DNA of 45,689 nt from positions 1 through 45,689 of the forward strand of contig JAUQYZ020000135.1 of assembly GCA_030587475.2 (NCBI GenBank), written 5' to 3'. Position 1 is the stretch's first letter; each line of letters starts with the position of its first letter. The DNA comes from Candidatus Sigynarchaeum calidifontis (GTDB taxonomy: Archaea > Asgardarchaeota > Lokiarchaeia > Sigyniarchaeales > Sigyniarchaeaceae). Below the pieces are notes generated by a model. That model was not told the DNA's origin, searched no databases, and saw only the letters and a program-made list of their open reading frames with translations. Shown here in pieces: positions 10,235 through 19,800 of this stretch. A program made the translations under genes and the position numbers.

Positions 10235-10786
10235 TCAGTTTAGATCGTCATCTGGCACGTCGATGACGCCGAAGTCGGACCACAAGTTCAGCTTGAGCGA
10301 TATCTTGTTTCGATCGATTTTTTCAACGCAGAAGCCATGCTTTTCCAGGAAGGCACTGCCCTCCTTGTAATTCTTGAACAGCGTGGTGGTTATGCACGCA
10401 ATGTTCTTGCTCCTTTGCTGTTGAATGAAGTTTTCCATTAATAGTTTCCCGACACCCGTGCCGCGATAGCGGGAATTCACTTCCACGAAGAGCAGCCGGA
10501 CGCATGGCAAGGGAATCGGGTTGCCGGTCAAGCTCGCGTCGATGTCCAGCATGCCAGCAATGGCTCCCATGGCAAGTCCCATCTCGTCACAAGCGACCAA
10601 GCCCGTGATTTTTCCACTGGCCATGTTCTCTTGCAAGTCCGGTATCATGGGCGCAAGCTCGACGCAGCACGTGCTCACGTCCAAGAAATCCGCTGGAACG
10701 AGCGTGCGGATCGTCACGCCGCCGGTCAAGCTGCCCGGTGCCATCTTCATTCCCGATCCTTTGCCTGGTACATCAAGGCGATACAT
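10235..10786 (-). CDS. GNAT family N-acetyltransferase
   Basis: Motif A VNSRYRGTGVGKLLM and motif B FLEKHGF. Confidence 0.85.
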   Translation of the reverse strand: MYRLDVPGKGSGMKMAPGSLTGGVTIRTLVPADFLDVSTCCVELAPMIPDLQENMASGKITGLVACDEMGLAMGAIAGMLDIDASLTGNPIPLPCVRLLFVEVNSRYRGTGVGKLLMENFIQQQRSKNIACITTTLFKNYKEGSAFLEKHGFCVEKIDRNKISLKLNLWSDFGVIDVPDDDLN

Positions 10787-10837
10787 GTTGAAATGTTCTG
10801 AGCTAATAGAAACTTCGCTTCTTGCTTTACAGCTGAA

Positions 10838-10858
10838 CGAAAAAAAAGATCAAAAAAA
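10838..10858 (-). terminator. Archaeal oligo-T terminator after the Get3 gene
   Basis: Two T-runs on the minus strand directly after the stop (plus strand aaaaaaagatcaaaaaaa). Confidence 0.5.
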
Positions 10859-11866
10859 TCACGCGGATCCCTCGCCTTCGACGATGTACTTGGCCATTCG
10901 CCGAAGCTGGTCGAATTTACGAATTTCTTTCTCGAACAAGGGCACTTTCACGACGTCAAACTCGTCCTTGTAGAGATCCTCTATCTCGGCGAGATGCTTC
11001 AGCTGGAACTCGCGCCGGGACTTGCAAAAATTGCATCCGAGATTTTCTGGAAATATCTGGTTCACGATCATGTGCCGTGACGGGATCTGGTAGGAAATCA
11101 GCGCGGACAGCAACCGTTCGGTCTCGTAGATCGCCATGTCCTCTGCGATGAGCACGATGACGAATTCCGTCTTGGCGGGATCTTGCAACTCGCCCTTCGC
11201 GGCCTCGATCGAGTTCTTGAGACGCTCGATCGCTTCCGTGGCGTCGGCTTCGTCGTCCTTGCCCTTGTTGCGCTTGAACATGTTCTTGAACGCGCCCATG
11301 AGCTTGCCGAGCTTGAGCCGCAAGGTGATAAGCTTGCCAATCCAGCTTGACAAGAGCTCGGGGAGACTGAGCAGCCGGAGTGTGTGCCCGGTCGGCGCCG
11401 TGTCGAAGATAATAAGATCGTATTCCGAGTTTTCGAGAAATTCCAAGACCGTGCCGAAGGCCATGGCCTCGTCCGCGCCCGGCGGGCTCATGCCCGCGAG
11501 GTCGCCCAGGTCGCCAAGGAGCGGGATACTCATACCCTCCATCCCGCCGCCCATGGCCATGTCCAGGCCGCCCGCGCCGCCCATCTTCTCTTGTGCTTCC
11601 TTGAACGCCTTGGACGGGCTGATCTCGAGCGCGAAGAGCTTTTCCGTGCCTGGCACGGGGGTCACGGTGCCGGGCTCGAGTTGCAGCCCGAGACTGTCGC
11701 CGAGCGAATGTGCTGGGTCTGTCGAAACGATGAGAACGGACTTGTTCGTGTTTTCTGCAGCCCACAACGCCGAACACGCGGCGGAGCTCGTCTTCCCGAC
11801 CCCACCCTTTCCACCGAAAAGAATGAAGTGGGAATCGGGGCTCGTTAGCAAATCTTTCAGAGCCAT
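10859..11866 (-). CDS. Get3/TRC40 (ArsA-family) ATPase, single-domain
   Basis: GKGGVGKT P-loop, STDPAH, DTAPTGH, Met/Gly-rich helical subdomain, C-terminal CNFC; ATG 11866 (MALKDLL) preferred. Confidence 0.9.
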   Translation of the reverse strand: MALKDLLTSPDSHFILFGGKGGVGKTSSAACSALWAAENTNKSVLIVSTDPAHSLGDSLGLQLEPGTVTPVPGTEKLFALEISPSKAFKEAQEKMGGAGGLDMAMGGGMEGMSIPLLGDLGDLAGMSPPGADEAMAFGTVLEFLENSEYDLIIFDTAPTGHTLRLLSLPELLSSWIGKLITLRLKLGKLMGAFKNMFKRNKGKDDEADATEAIERLKNSIEAAKGELQDPAKTEFVIVLIAEDMAIYETERLLSALISYQIPSRHMIVNQIFPENLGCNFCKSRREFQLKHLAEIEDLYKDEFDVVKVPLFEKEIRKFDQLRRMAKYIVEGEGSA

Positions 11867-12114
11867 ACTCTCATCAAGGGAGGGATGTTCTTGAAGTTCG
11901 ATATTATATCGAGACCTCACGTTGCACGCCCCGATACCAAGCGCGAAGCACGGTTGTTCTCAGAAAGTACCCCGCACGACGCGGATTTTAAGTAAAGAAG
12001 GTACAACCTACTTTTCATGTCATAAAAGGTTTTATTCATTGCGCGGATTCGATCACTTGGTATTAGCATTTTGAACGAGTTAACAACGAGCGAAGGTGAT
12101 TACCCGCACGACCA

Positions 12115-12144
12115 TTTCCCGCCGGTTGCCAGCCGGGCGGGAAA
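12115..12144 (+). promoter_or_regulatory. GC-rich hairpin about 75 nt upstream of hdrA(Sec)
   Basis: TTTCCCGCC-GGTT-gcc-AGCC-g-GGCGGGAAA inverted repeat. Confidence 0.5.
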
Positions 12145-12218
12145 GGAAAGTGCATGTCGATCAAGATCACGAATAGCTGCCCCATGAATTCTCACCGGTA
12201 ACGTTCAGGGAAGCAAAT

Positions 12219-14297
12219 ATGAGTGAAAAGAAAGCAAAAGCTGGTAATATCGAAGCGAAAGCCGAAGCAAAAACTGAAGCGAAACCAGCCGCAGCCGAAG
12301 CGAAACCAGCCGCAGCCGAGGAGAAACCTGCCGAGATAGGTGTTTTCGTGTGCAATTGCGGTATCAACATCGCAGGGGTGGTAAACATTGCAGATACCGT
12401 CGAAGCTGCAAAGAAGATGCCTGGCGTGAAATATGCCGAGAACAACCTTTCCTATTGCACCGAGGCCGGCGCCGTCGCCATCCAGAAGGCAATCGATGAG
12501 TACAAGCTCAAGCGCGTCGTCATCGCTGCTTGCACCCCCAAGACGCATTTACCCGTGTTCCAGAGCGTCCTCAAGGCGGCCAATCTCCCGAAGCGCATGC
12601 TCGAGTTCGTGAACCTTCGCGAGCAAGACGCGTTCGTTCACATGCACGACAAGGACAAGGCGACGGAGAAGGCAAAATCTCTTATCGCAGCTGCAGTGGA
12701 GCGTGCCAAGAACCTCGAGGACATCCCGACCGAGATCGTGGACGTCACCAGGAAGGCACTCGTCATCGGTGGCGGTGTTGCTGGACTCCAGGCAGCGCTC
12801 GACCTCGCGAAGTTGGAATACGACGTGACCCTCGTGGAGAAGACCCCCACAACTGGCGGGAAGATGGCAAAGCTGGACAGGACATTCCCGACCGACGATT
12901 GTTCGATCTGAATATTGGGGCCGATCATGCTCGAGGCGAACCGGAACCCGAAAATCAGGACCTTGACCTACTCGGAAATCGAAGGGTTCTCCGGGTTCGT
13001 CGGAAACTTTGACGTGCGCATCCGGAAGAAGGCTCGATATACAACAAGCAAATGCAATGGATGCGGCGCTTGTTTCGACGTATGCCCCGCGTATCGACCC
13101 CATGACTTCGAATACGGCATGGCCCAGTCCAAGGCGATCTATAAATCCTTCGCGCAAGCAGTTCCCGGCGTCGTTCAAATCGACAAGCAATATTGCATCG
13201 ATTGTGGTCTCTGTGCCAAAGCTTGCGAATTGCAAGCGATCGATTACAACCAGAAAGATGAAATAATCGAGGAGCGATTTGGCGTGGTCGTTGTTGCCAG
13301 CGGGTTCACCGAATACTTGCCTCCAGTTGGCACACTCGGTTTCGGCGAATACGAAAACGTGATCACGCAAGGGCGACTGGAACGCATCCTTGCGCCGAAC
13401 GGCCCGACAGTAGGCCATCTCGTGCGCCCGAGCGACGGGAAGCATCCCACGCGTATTGCCTTCATTCAATGCGTCGGTTCGCGAGATACGCAGTCTAATC
13501 CGCATTGTTGCACGACTGGCTGCCTGCTTTCAGTCAAGAACTCGAAACTTATCAAGCAGCACTACCCCGATACAGAGGTTTACGTGATATTCATGGACCT
13601 CAGGTGCACGGGTAAGATGTCTGAAGAGTATTCCATGGCCACGCGCCAGGAAGGCGTCCACTTCATCCGGTCGAATATTGGCCGTGTATGGGAGGATCCG
13701 AAAACCAAGAATATCGTGCTACGTTTCGAGGACACGATGAATCCAGGCGTGCTCCAGAAGCTCGAGGTTGATCTGCTCGTTCTCACGACGAACATGGTGC
13801 TCGGCGAGGATGGCACGAAACTTGCCAAGATGCTGAAGCTTGACATGTCGCCCGACGGTTTTATGAAGGAATACCACGCGCGCCTCGACCCGATATCGAC
13901 CAAGATCCCCGGCATCTTCCTCGCGGGCACGTGCCAATCGCCAATGACAATCGCCGAGAGCATCGGTCACGCGAAGGGCGCCGCGTCCAGCGCGGCTCGC
14001 ATCTTGCAAGCCAGGAAGTACGAGATCGAGCTCATCCGGGCAGTCGTCGAGAAGCAAGAAGCGTGCTCGAAGTGCTATCGATGCGTGGAGGCGTGCCCGT
14101 ATAACGCGATCTCGATCGATGAGAACGGGAAGATAACCGTCGACGTGATCCTGTGCAAAGGATGCGGGACTTGCTCGAACGTGTGCCGCTCGCAAACGAT
14201 CCAGCTTCGATATTACCGGGATCCCGGCTACGATGGCCAGATCGACGCACTTTTCGCGTCGGTCGTGCCTCAAGAAATGAAGGACTCGAGCAAATGA
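12219..14297 (+). CDS. hdrA: Heterodisulfide reductase subunit A, selenocysteine-containing (UGA at 12909-12911, codon 231; 692 aa)
   Basis: Track ORFs 12219..12911 and 12915..14297 are in the same frame and join as FPTDDCSI-U-ILGP, matching FPTNDCSL-C-ILAP in the paralogue at 20615; CNCGINI, AACTP, GGGVAG, QCVGSR and ferredoxin motifs; SECIS downstream. Confidence 0.93.
12276..12317 (+). repeat. Exact 21-bp tandem duplication (EAKPAAA x2) in the Ala/Lys/Glu-rich N-terminal extension of HdrA
   Basis: gaagcgaaaccagccgcagcc at 12276-12296 and 12297-12317. Confidence 0.9.
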
Positions 14298-14353
14298 GTC
14301 GTGCGCCCAAAGGCAGCGCGCACGATGATGGAGGCAGCAAGCCTTTCTCGAGT
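14284..14353 (+). ncRNA. Eukaryote-type SECIS element (cis-acting mRNA structure) overlapping the hdrA stop codon
   Basis: AUGAG (14294-98)/UGAU (14326-29) tandem G.A core; perfect 8-bp helix UCGUGCGC/GCGCACGA; apical AAA (14309-11); basal helix ACUCGAG/CUCGAGU. Confidence 0.85.
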
Positions 14354-14431
14354 ATATTCCTATCAATAGAAAACCATGCCAGGTCGGCGACGGCCTGGCA
14401 ATCACGATTATAATTGCATCATCAGTAATAC

Positions 14432-14458
14432 CATCAAATTCATCACATTCATCAAATG
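14432..14458. repeat. 9-bp imperfect tandem repeat x3 just upstream of the frhB-like gene
   Basis: CATCAAATT CATCACATT CATCAAATG. Confidence 0.6.
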
Positions 14459-14465
14459 AACCAAC

Positions 14466-15542
14466 ATGAGCAAGGTAATAGTGAAAAAGGGCGACCAGCC
14501 CAATTTTAAAAAGATCATTTCAGAGGTTCTTGATAAAAACAAGTGTTGCGATTGCGGGATTTGCCAGTCAGTTTGTTTTCTTGCTGGAGCTGGAGTGATC
14601 AAGTACGAACGACCTGCCTACCGCGTATACGACGATGAAAAGTGCGTCCGGTGTGGATTTTGCCAGGCTGCTTGCCCCGTGACCTCCTACGACACCAGCG
14701 AATCTGATCACCGGGTCTTCCGGGGTCATGTCGGAAATTACTTGAGTATCCGCTCGTTCACGTCAAAGATCGAGGGTGTCGCCGAGCGGGCGCAAGACGG
14801 GGGTGCCGTGACCAGCATCTTGCTTTACATGATCGACAACCACGTCGTTGATGCGGTTATGGTCACCAAGCACTTGCAAGGATGGGAGCCATCGTCTTTT
14901 CTCACGAAAAATCGTGATGAAATTATCGCGTCTGCGGGAAGCAAGTATGCAACCAACCCCGTGTTCAAGGCGATCACATCGCTCAAGGATCTTCCGCCTG
15001 CGGAAGTGGCCAAGTACGGCGTGAAAAAAATCGACGATCTCCGCATCGCGGTCGTGGGCTTGCCGTGCCAGATATCGGGCCTCACGAAGGTGCAAAATCT
15101 CGGCATCTTTCCGGCGAATCTCATCAAGATCAAGATCGGCCTGTTTTGCTTCAAGAATTATAACTGGATTCGTTTTCAAGAGTTCCTCACGAAAAAACTC
15201 AAGATCAAGCTCGATGATATCAAGAAGATCCGGATTCTCGGGGACATGACCATCACCCTCACCAATGGAAAGGTTTTAACGGTTAAATCCAAGGATTACG
15301 ACAACCTGGTGAACGAGGGATGTGCCTGGTGCAAGGATCTCACGGCGCACGACGCGGACATCTCTTGCGGGAATATCGGTTCCAAGGAGGGGGCCACGAC
15401 CGTCGTCGCGCGCACGAAGAAAGGGCTCGAGATCGTCGACCGCGCGCGGATTGCTGGTTACATGGACGACGCGGGGGTCGTGAACGTGAAGGAAGTGACC
15501 AAACAAGCCCGGATGAAGCTGGACCGGGCAAAGACGGAGTGA
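14466..15542 (+). CDS. Coenzyme F420 hydrogenase/dehydrogenase beta subunit family protein (FrhB/FdhB/FpoF-like) with N-terminal 2x[4Fe-4S] ferredoxin domain
   Basis: CCDCGICQSVC and CVRCGFCQAACP; QDGGAVT, AGSKY, VGLPCQ, IGLFC, GCAWCKD...ADISCG. Confidence 0.9.
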   Translation: MSKVIVKKGDQPNFKKIISEVLDKNKCCDCGICQSVCFLAGAGVIKYERPAYRVYDDEKCVRCGFCQAACPVTSYDTSESDHRVFRGHVGNYLSIRSFTSKIEGVAERAQDGGAVTSILLYMIDNHVVDAVMVTKHLQGWEPSSFLTKNRDEIIASAGSKYATNPVFKAITSLKDLPPAEVAKYGVKKIDDLRIAVVGLPCQISGLTKVQNLGIFPANLIKIKIGLFCFKNYNWIRFQEFLTKKLKIKLDDIKKIRILGDMTITLTNGKVLTVKSKDYDNLVNEGCAWCKDLTAHDADISCGNIGSKEGATTVVARTKKGLEIVDRARIAGYMDDAGVVNVKEVTKQARMKLDRAKTE

Positions 15543-15552
15543 ATGATGCGAC

Positions 15553-16764
15553 ATGACCGAAATACCATCCGCCGTTCAAGATAACTTGCAGAAAGACTAT
15601 GCATCCTTACAAAAGCGAACGCTTCTCTGTTACCAATGCTCGAAATGCACGTCGGTATGCCCGGCATTCCGTATCAACCAGTTCAACCCGCGAAGCTTCA
15701 TCCTCGCGGCCGTGACTGGGGGTATCGACGCCGCCTCGAGGGATGCGACCATATGGGGCTGCCGGAATTGCTCGTCATGCCAGATCTGCCCGATGGGCAT
15801 CGATATCCCGAGCATGGTCCTGCTCGCACGCCTCCATTCGCTCAAGCACAACAACGCACCCCCGGCAGCAAAGATTGGCCATCGTCGTATCTTCAATCTC
15901 GCTCAAAAAATACAAGCAGCATCTCCCGTTCCTCCGGTCGTGAACAAGTGGCCCCTCAACCATCAAAAATTCACCGAAAAGGGCAAGATCGCCCTTTACA
16001 CCGGGTTGATGCCGATCTGGGACAACTTGATGTACAACTACGACCTCAACTTCGTTACCGGCTTGCGTGCCATCCTCGAGGCGATGAACATGGTTGGCGT
16101 TGAACCGGCTATCCCGGCTGGTATCAAGGACAGCGGGCACGACGTTTACTACGGCGGCGACGAGACGACCTTCATCACGTTGGCTCGTTACAACCTCGAC
16201 GTGGTCGAGAAACTCGGCATCGAAACGCTTGTCGTGGTTAATCCCGAGGATTACCACGTCATGAAACACTTGTACCCGAAATACCTCGGCTCGATGGCGC
16301 CCGATGTCGTTTTTTGGACAGATTTCCTCGTGGAGAATGGTTTCGTCGAGAAGCTGAGGTACCAAGCGTACCTTGACATCGAAATTCACGCGGCCTACCA
16401 TGATCCTTGCAAGCTCGGGCGCAGAAGCAAAATATTCGATTCGCCAAGAACGATCCTCGAAAACGTGCCCGGGGTCAAGCTCGTGAAATTCAAGGACGAG
16501 AAAGAACTCGCCCCTTGCTGCGGGGTCACTGCATTCATCGGCTGCGATGATGGATCGCTTTACTTGCGGCACGAGCGCCTCAGGGAAGCGCGCGATATCG
16601 GTGTAGACGTGCTCGTGACGACGTGCCCCTCCTGCGTGTCGCACTATTCCTGCGCCCTCGCATCGCTCCCCCCTCCCAAGGAAGCCCAAGAAGCAAAGCC
16701 CTTGCAAGTGACTGAGCTGGGCACGTTCCTGGGGACGCGACTATTCCATTTCAACAGCAAATAA
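15553..16764 (+). CDS. HdrC/HdrB-like fusion (HdrD-type Fe-S oxidoreductase) with only the second CCG domain intact
   Basis: CYQCSKCTSVCP and CRNCSSCQICP; C-terminal HDPC...CCG...TCPSC; first CCG domain has no Cys. Confidence 0.85.
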   Translation: MTEIPSAVQDNLQKDYASLQKRTLLCYQCSKCTSVCPAFRINQFNPRSFILAAVTGGIDAASRDATIWGCRNCSSCQICPMGIDIPSMVLLARLHSLKHNNAPPAAKIGHRRIFNLAQKIQAASPVPPVVNKWPLNHQKFTEKGKIALYTGLMPIWDNLMYNYDLNFVTGLRAILEAMNMVGVEPAIPAGIKDSGHDVYYGGDETTFITLARYNLDVVEKLGIETLVVVNPEDYHVMKHLYPKYLGSMAPDVVFWTDFLVENGFVEKLRYQAYLDIEIHAAYHDPCKLGRRSKIFDSPRTILENVPGVKLVKFKDEKELAPCCGVTAFIGCDDGSLYLRHERLREARDIGVDVLVTTCPSCVSHYSCALASLPPPKEAQEAKPLQVTELGTFLGTRLFHFNSK

Positions 16765-16810
16765 GCAAGTTAACTCGTGATAATTCCTTTCAACGCTAAC
16801 CGGGTTCAAG

Positions 16811-19800
16811 ATGGCAAAACCGATCAAGAAAAACCTCCTCCCCTCGGATGATCTCTTCAACATATCCGACGCGGTGCTCGTGGTCGGCAGCGGGGCCGCC
16901 GGGATCCAGGCAAGTTTAGACCTATCACGACTTGGTGCAAGGGTTATCCTCGTCGAACGCGGTAAAAACATCGGCGGGCTCATCGCGAAGCTCGATAAGA
17001 CATACGCCACGCACGATTGCGCCGGGATAAATGCCCTCTATTCCATTCAAGACGCTTGGGGGAAAAAATGCTTGCAAATGCAGCACGGGGCATGCGGCAA
17101 GTGCCATATGGCCACGCAAACATACAATAACGCAAACGTGAAGATTTACCAGAATTCCGTGGTCTCGGCCATCGATTATCTCGACGAGGGGAACATCCGC
17201 GTCACGATCGAGAAGCAGGTCCTCGGCATTGACGAAGAGCGGTGCACTAATTGCGGGGCTTGCTACGAGGTATGCCCTGTACGGTTTGACGAAGACATCA
17301 ACTGGTTCGATGCGGGCCTCGGTACGAGGCGGGCTGTGAACACGCCTTTCCCCGGTGCAGTCCCTCCCACGCATTCGATAGAGCACGACAGATGTATCTA
17401 CGTGCAGAATGGTCTTTGCGGGAAATGCAAGGATATATGCCCCACGAATGCCGTTACATTCGAGTTTAAGAAGGAGCTGCACGAGTTCACGGTCGGGGCG
17501 ATCATCTTCGCCACGGGTGCCAACCAAGCGCACCCGTTCGACTACGACAAGTTTCTCGGCCACCATCCCGACGTCTTGAATGGCCTACAGTACGAGCGGC
17601 TTGCCAGCGAGAATGGCCCGACCAAGGGAAACATCATCAAGCTCTCCAACCACAAGCCTGCCAAGCGCATCGCGTTCGTCCAGTGCGTCGGTTCCAGGAA
17701 CACGCGTCCTGGCGGCATGCCATACTGCAGTACCGTGTGTTGCATGTATGCTATCAAGGAAGCCGACATGGCCAAGGAGAAAGATCCATCGTGTGAAACT
17801 TATATCTTCAACGTCGAGAACCGGGCTTATTTAAAAGGTTTTCACGAGTATTATCTCCGCGCCAAGCGAGATCACGGCGTGAAATTCATCCAGGGACGCG
17901 TTGCCAGCGTTCGTAAAGATATAAAAACTGATGATTTGATAGTCGAATACGAGGACGTCGAAGCTGGCGAGATCAAGTCAATGCCCGTCGATCTCGTGGT
18001 TCTCTCGACTGCTCTGATCCCGAACGTCGACGGCATCTCGCGGATCCTGGGTGTCCCCTTGAACAAGTACCATTATTTCGACAAGCCCGTCCTCGAGGAT
18101 CTCGAACATAAGGGGATCTATTTCGCCGGCTTTTGCATGCATCCGATGGACATCCCGTCGTCGGTCATCACGGCCGACGCGGCGGTCGCCAAGGTCTCCC
18201 GGCGGTTGTTCCACGCCCTCAAGGCCAAGCAGCAAGAACCGGGCGAGGTCGTCGACGAGATCAAGCTCTACGGGACTCCACGCATCGGCGTGCTCGCGTG
18301 CCAGTGTGACAAGGAATCCGCGAGGGTGTTAAATAATGAAGCCATCATCAGCGCGATCCGGAACATTCCCGGGGTCGTTGCCGTCGAAGCTAGCGTATTC
18401 GACACGTGTACCGAGTCCCGATCCTTCCTAGCCAAGATGATAAAGGAACACCGGCTCAACCGAGTCGTGGTCGGCGCGTGCTCGCCCAGGACATACGGCT
18501 CCATCTTCACCGAGGCCGTCAAGGAGGCGAAGTTGGATCCGAACTTGCTTGAAATGGTCAATATCAGGGAACAAGCCGCGTGGGTTCATCAAAACGAGCC
18601 TGAAGCAGCCACGAAAAAGGTTATCGATCTCCTGGCGATGGGAGTTGCGAAAAACCGGGAGCTCACGTATCAAGAAAACAAGAAAGTGCCAATGACAAAG
18701 GCAGTGCTCGTGATTGGCGGTGGTCCCGCTGGTATCGTCGCCGCGGACAATATCGCGAGCCAGGACATAAAGGTATACCTCGTCGAGCGGGAAAACAAGC
18801 TCGGCGGCGCGACGAACAAGATTTCCCGCAAGTTCTTGTTCGACGACGAGCAAGTCATCATCGACAAGATCGAAGCAATCGTCGCCCGGTTTCCAAAGAA
18901 CAAGAACATCGAAGTGCTCACGAAATCAAGAGTTGTCGGCGTTTCTGGCTTCGTGGGTAACTTCCAGGTGCGGATCGACGCTGCTGGTGTAGAGAAAAAT
19001 GTCCGTGTCGGCTGCATCATCGTCGCGACAGGCGCGTCGCAAGATCCAAACTATGCCAACGTGGTACAAGGAAAGTCAGATCGCGTGTTCAACCAGGAGC
19101 AGTTCGAGCAGTTGCTCATCAAGGGCGACCTTCAAGGCATGAAGAAATTCGCGTTCATCCAATGCACGAACCAGCGGGCCGATGGCAACATCAAGCCCGA
19201 GTTCAAGAACTGTTCCGGCATTTGCTGCAAGATCACGCTCAAGCAAGCCATCAAGATCAAGGATCTGGTGCCCGATGCCGAGATACACATCATCCAACGC
19301 GGCATGCAACTGTCGGGCGAGGTGTATTACGAGGACATTCACCACCAGGTGCAATCATTCGCCGCGATCGAGCGGTACTCCCCCGAGCAATACCCGAAGA
19401 TCATCGCCGCGGGCGACAAGGTTCGCGTCTCGTTCCGGGAGCGCAACGTCGGCGAGCAGCTCGACCTCGATCTCGATGCCGTGATCCTCGCTACGCCTTA
19501 CAGATCAGCGCCTGGCACCCAAGAGCTCGGTGCCTTGCTAAAGGTGCCCGTGATGCAAGCCGGGTTCTTTTTAGAGGCGCACGTGAAGTTTCGGCCAAAT
19601 GATTTCGTCGTTGACGGCATGTTCCTCGCCGGGGATGCCCATTGGCCGAAGACCATGATAGATGCCGTCTCGCACGGTCTTGCGTCGGCCGCGCGTGCCA
19701 GTGCATTCTTGACACGTGGTTACGTGGAAATCGAGGGCACGGTCGCTAGTGTGGACGAAAACGCGTGTATCGGTTGCAAGAAATGCCAGGATGCATGCCC

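Noticed and set aside
10859-11866. Arsenite efflux ATPase ArsA linked to the ArsC genes
   Set aside because: Single-domain Get3 features, no ars neighbours, and more than 33 kb from the arsC genes
12219-14297. hdrA as a pseudogene or as two split genes
   Set aside because: The single UGA is at the known Cys/Sec position, the frame is preserved and a SECIS is present
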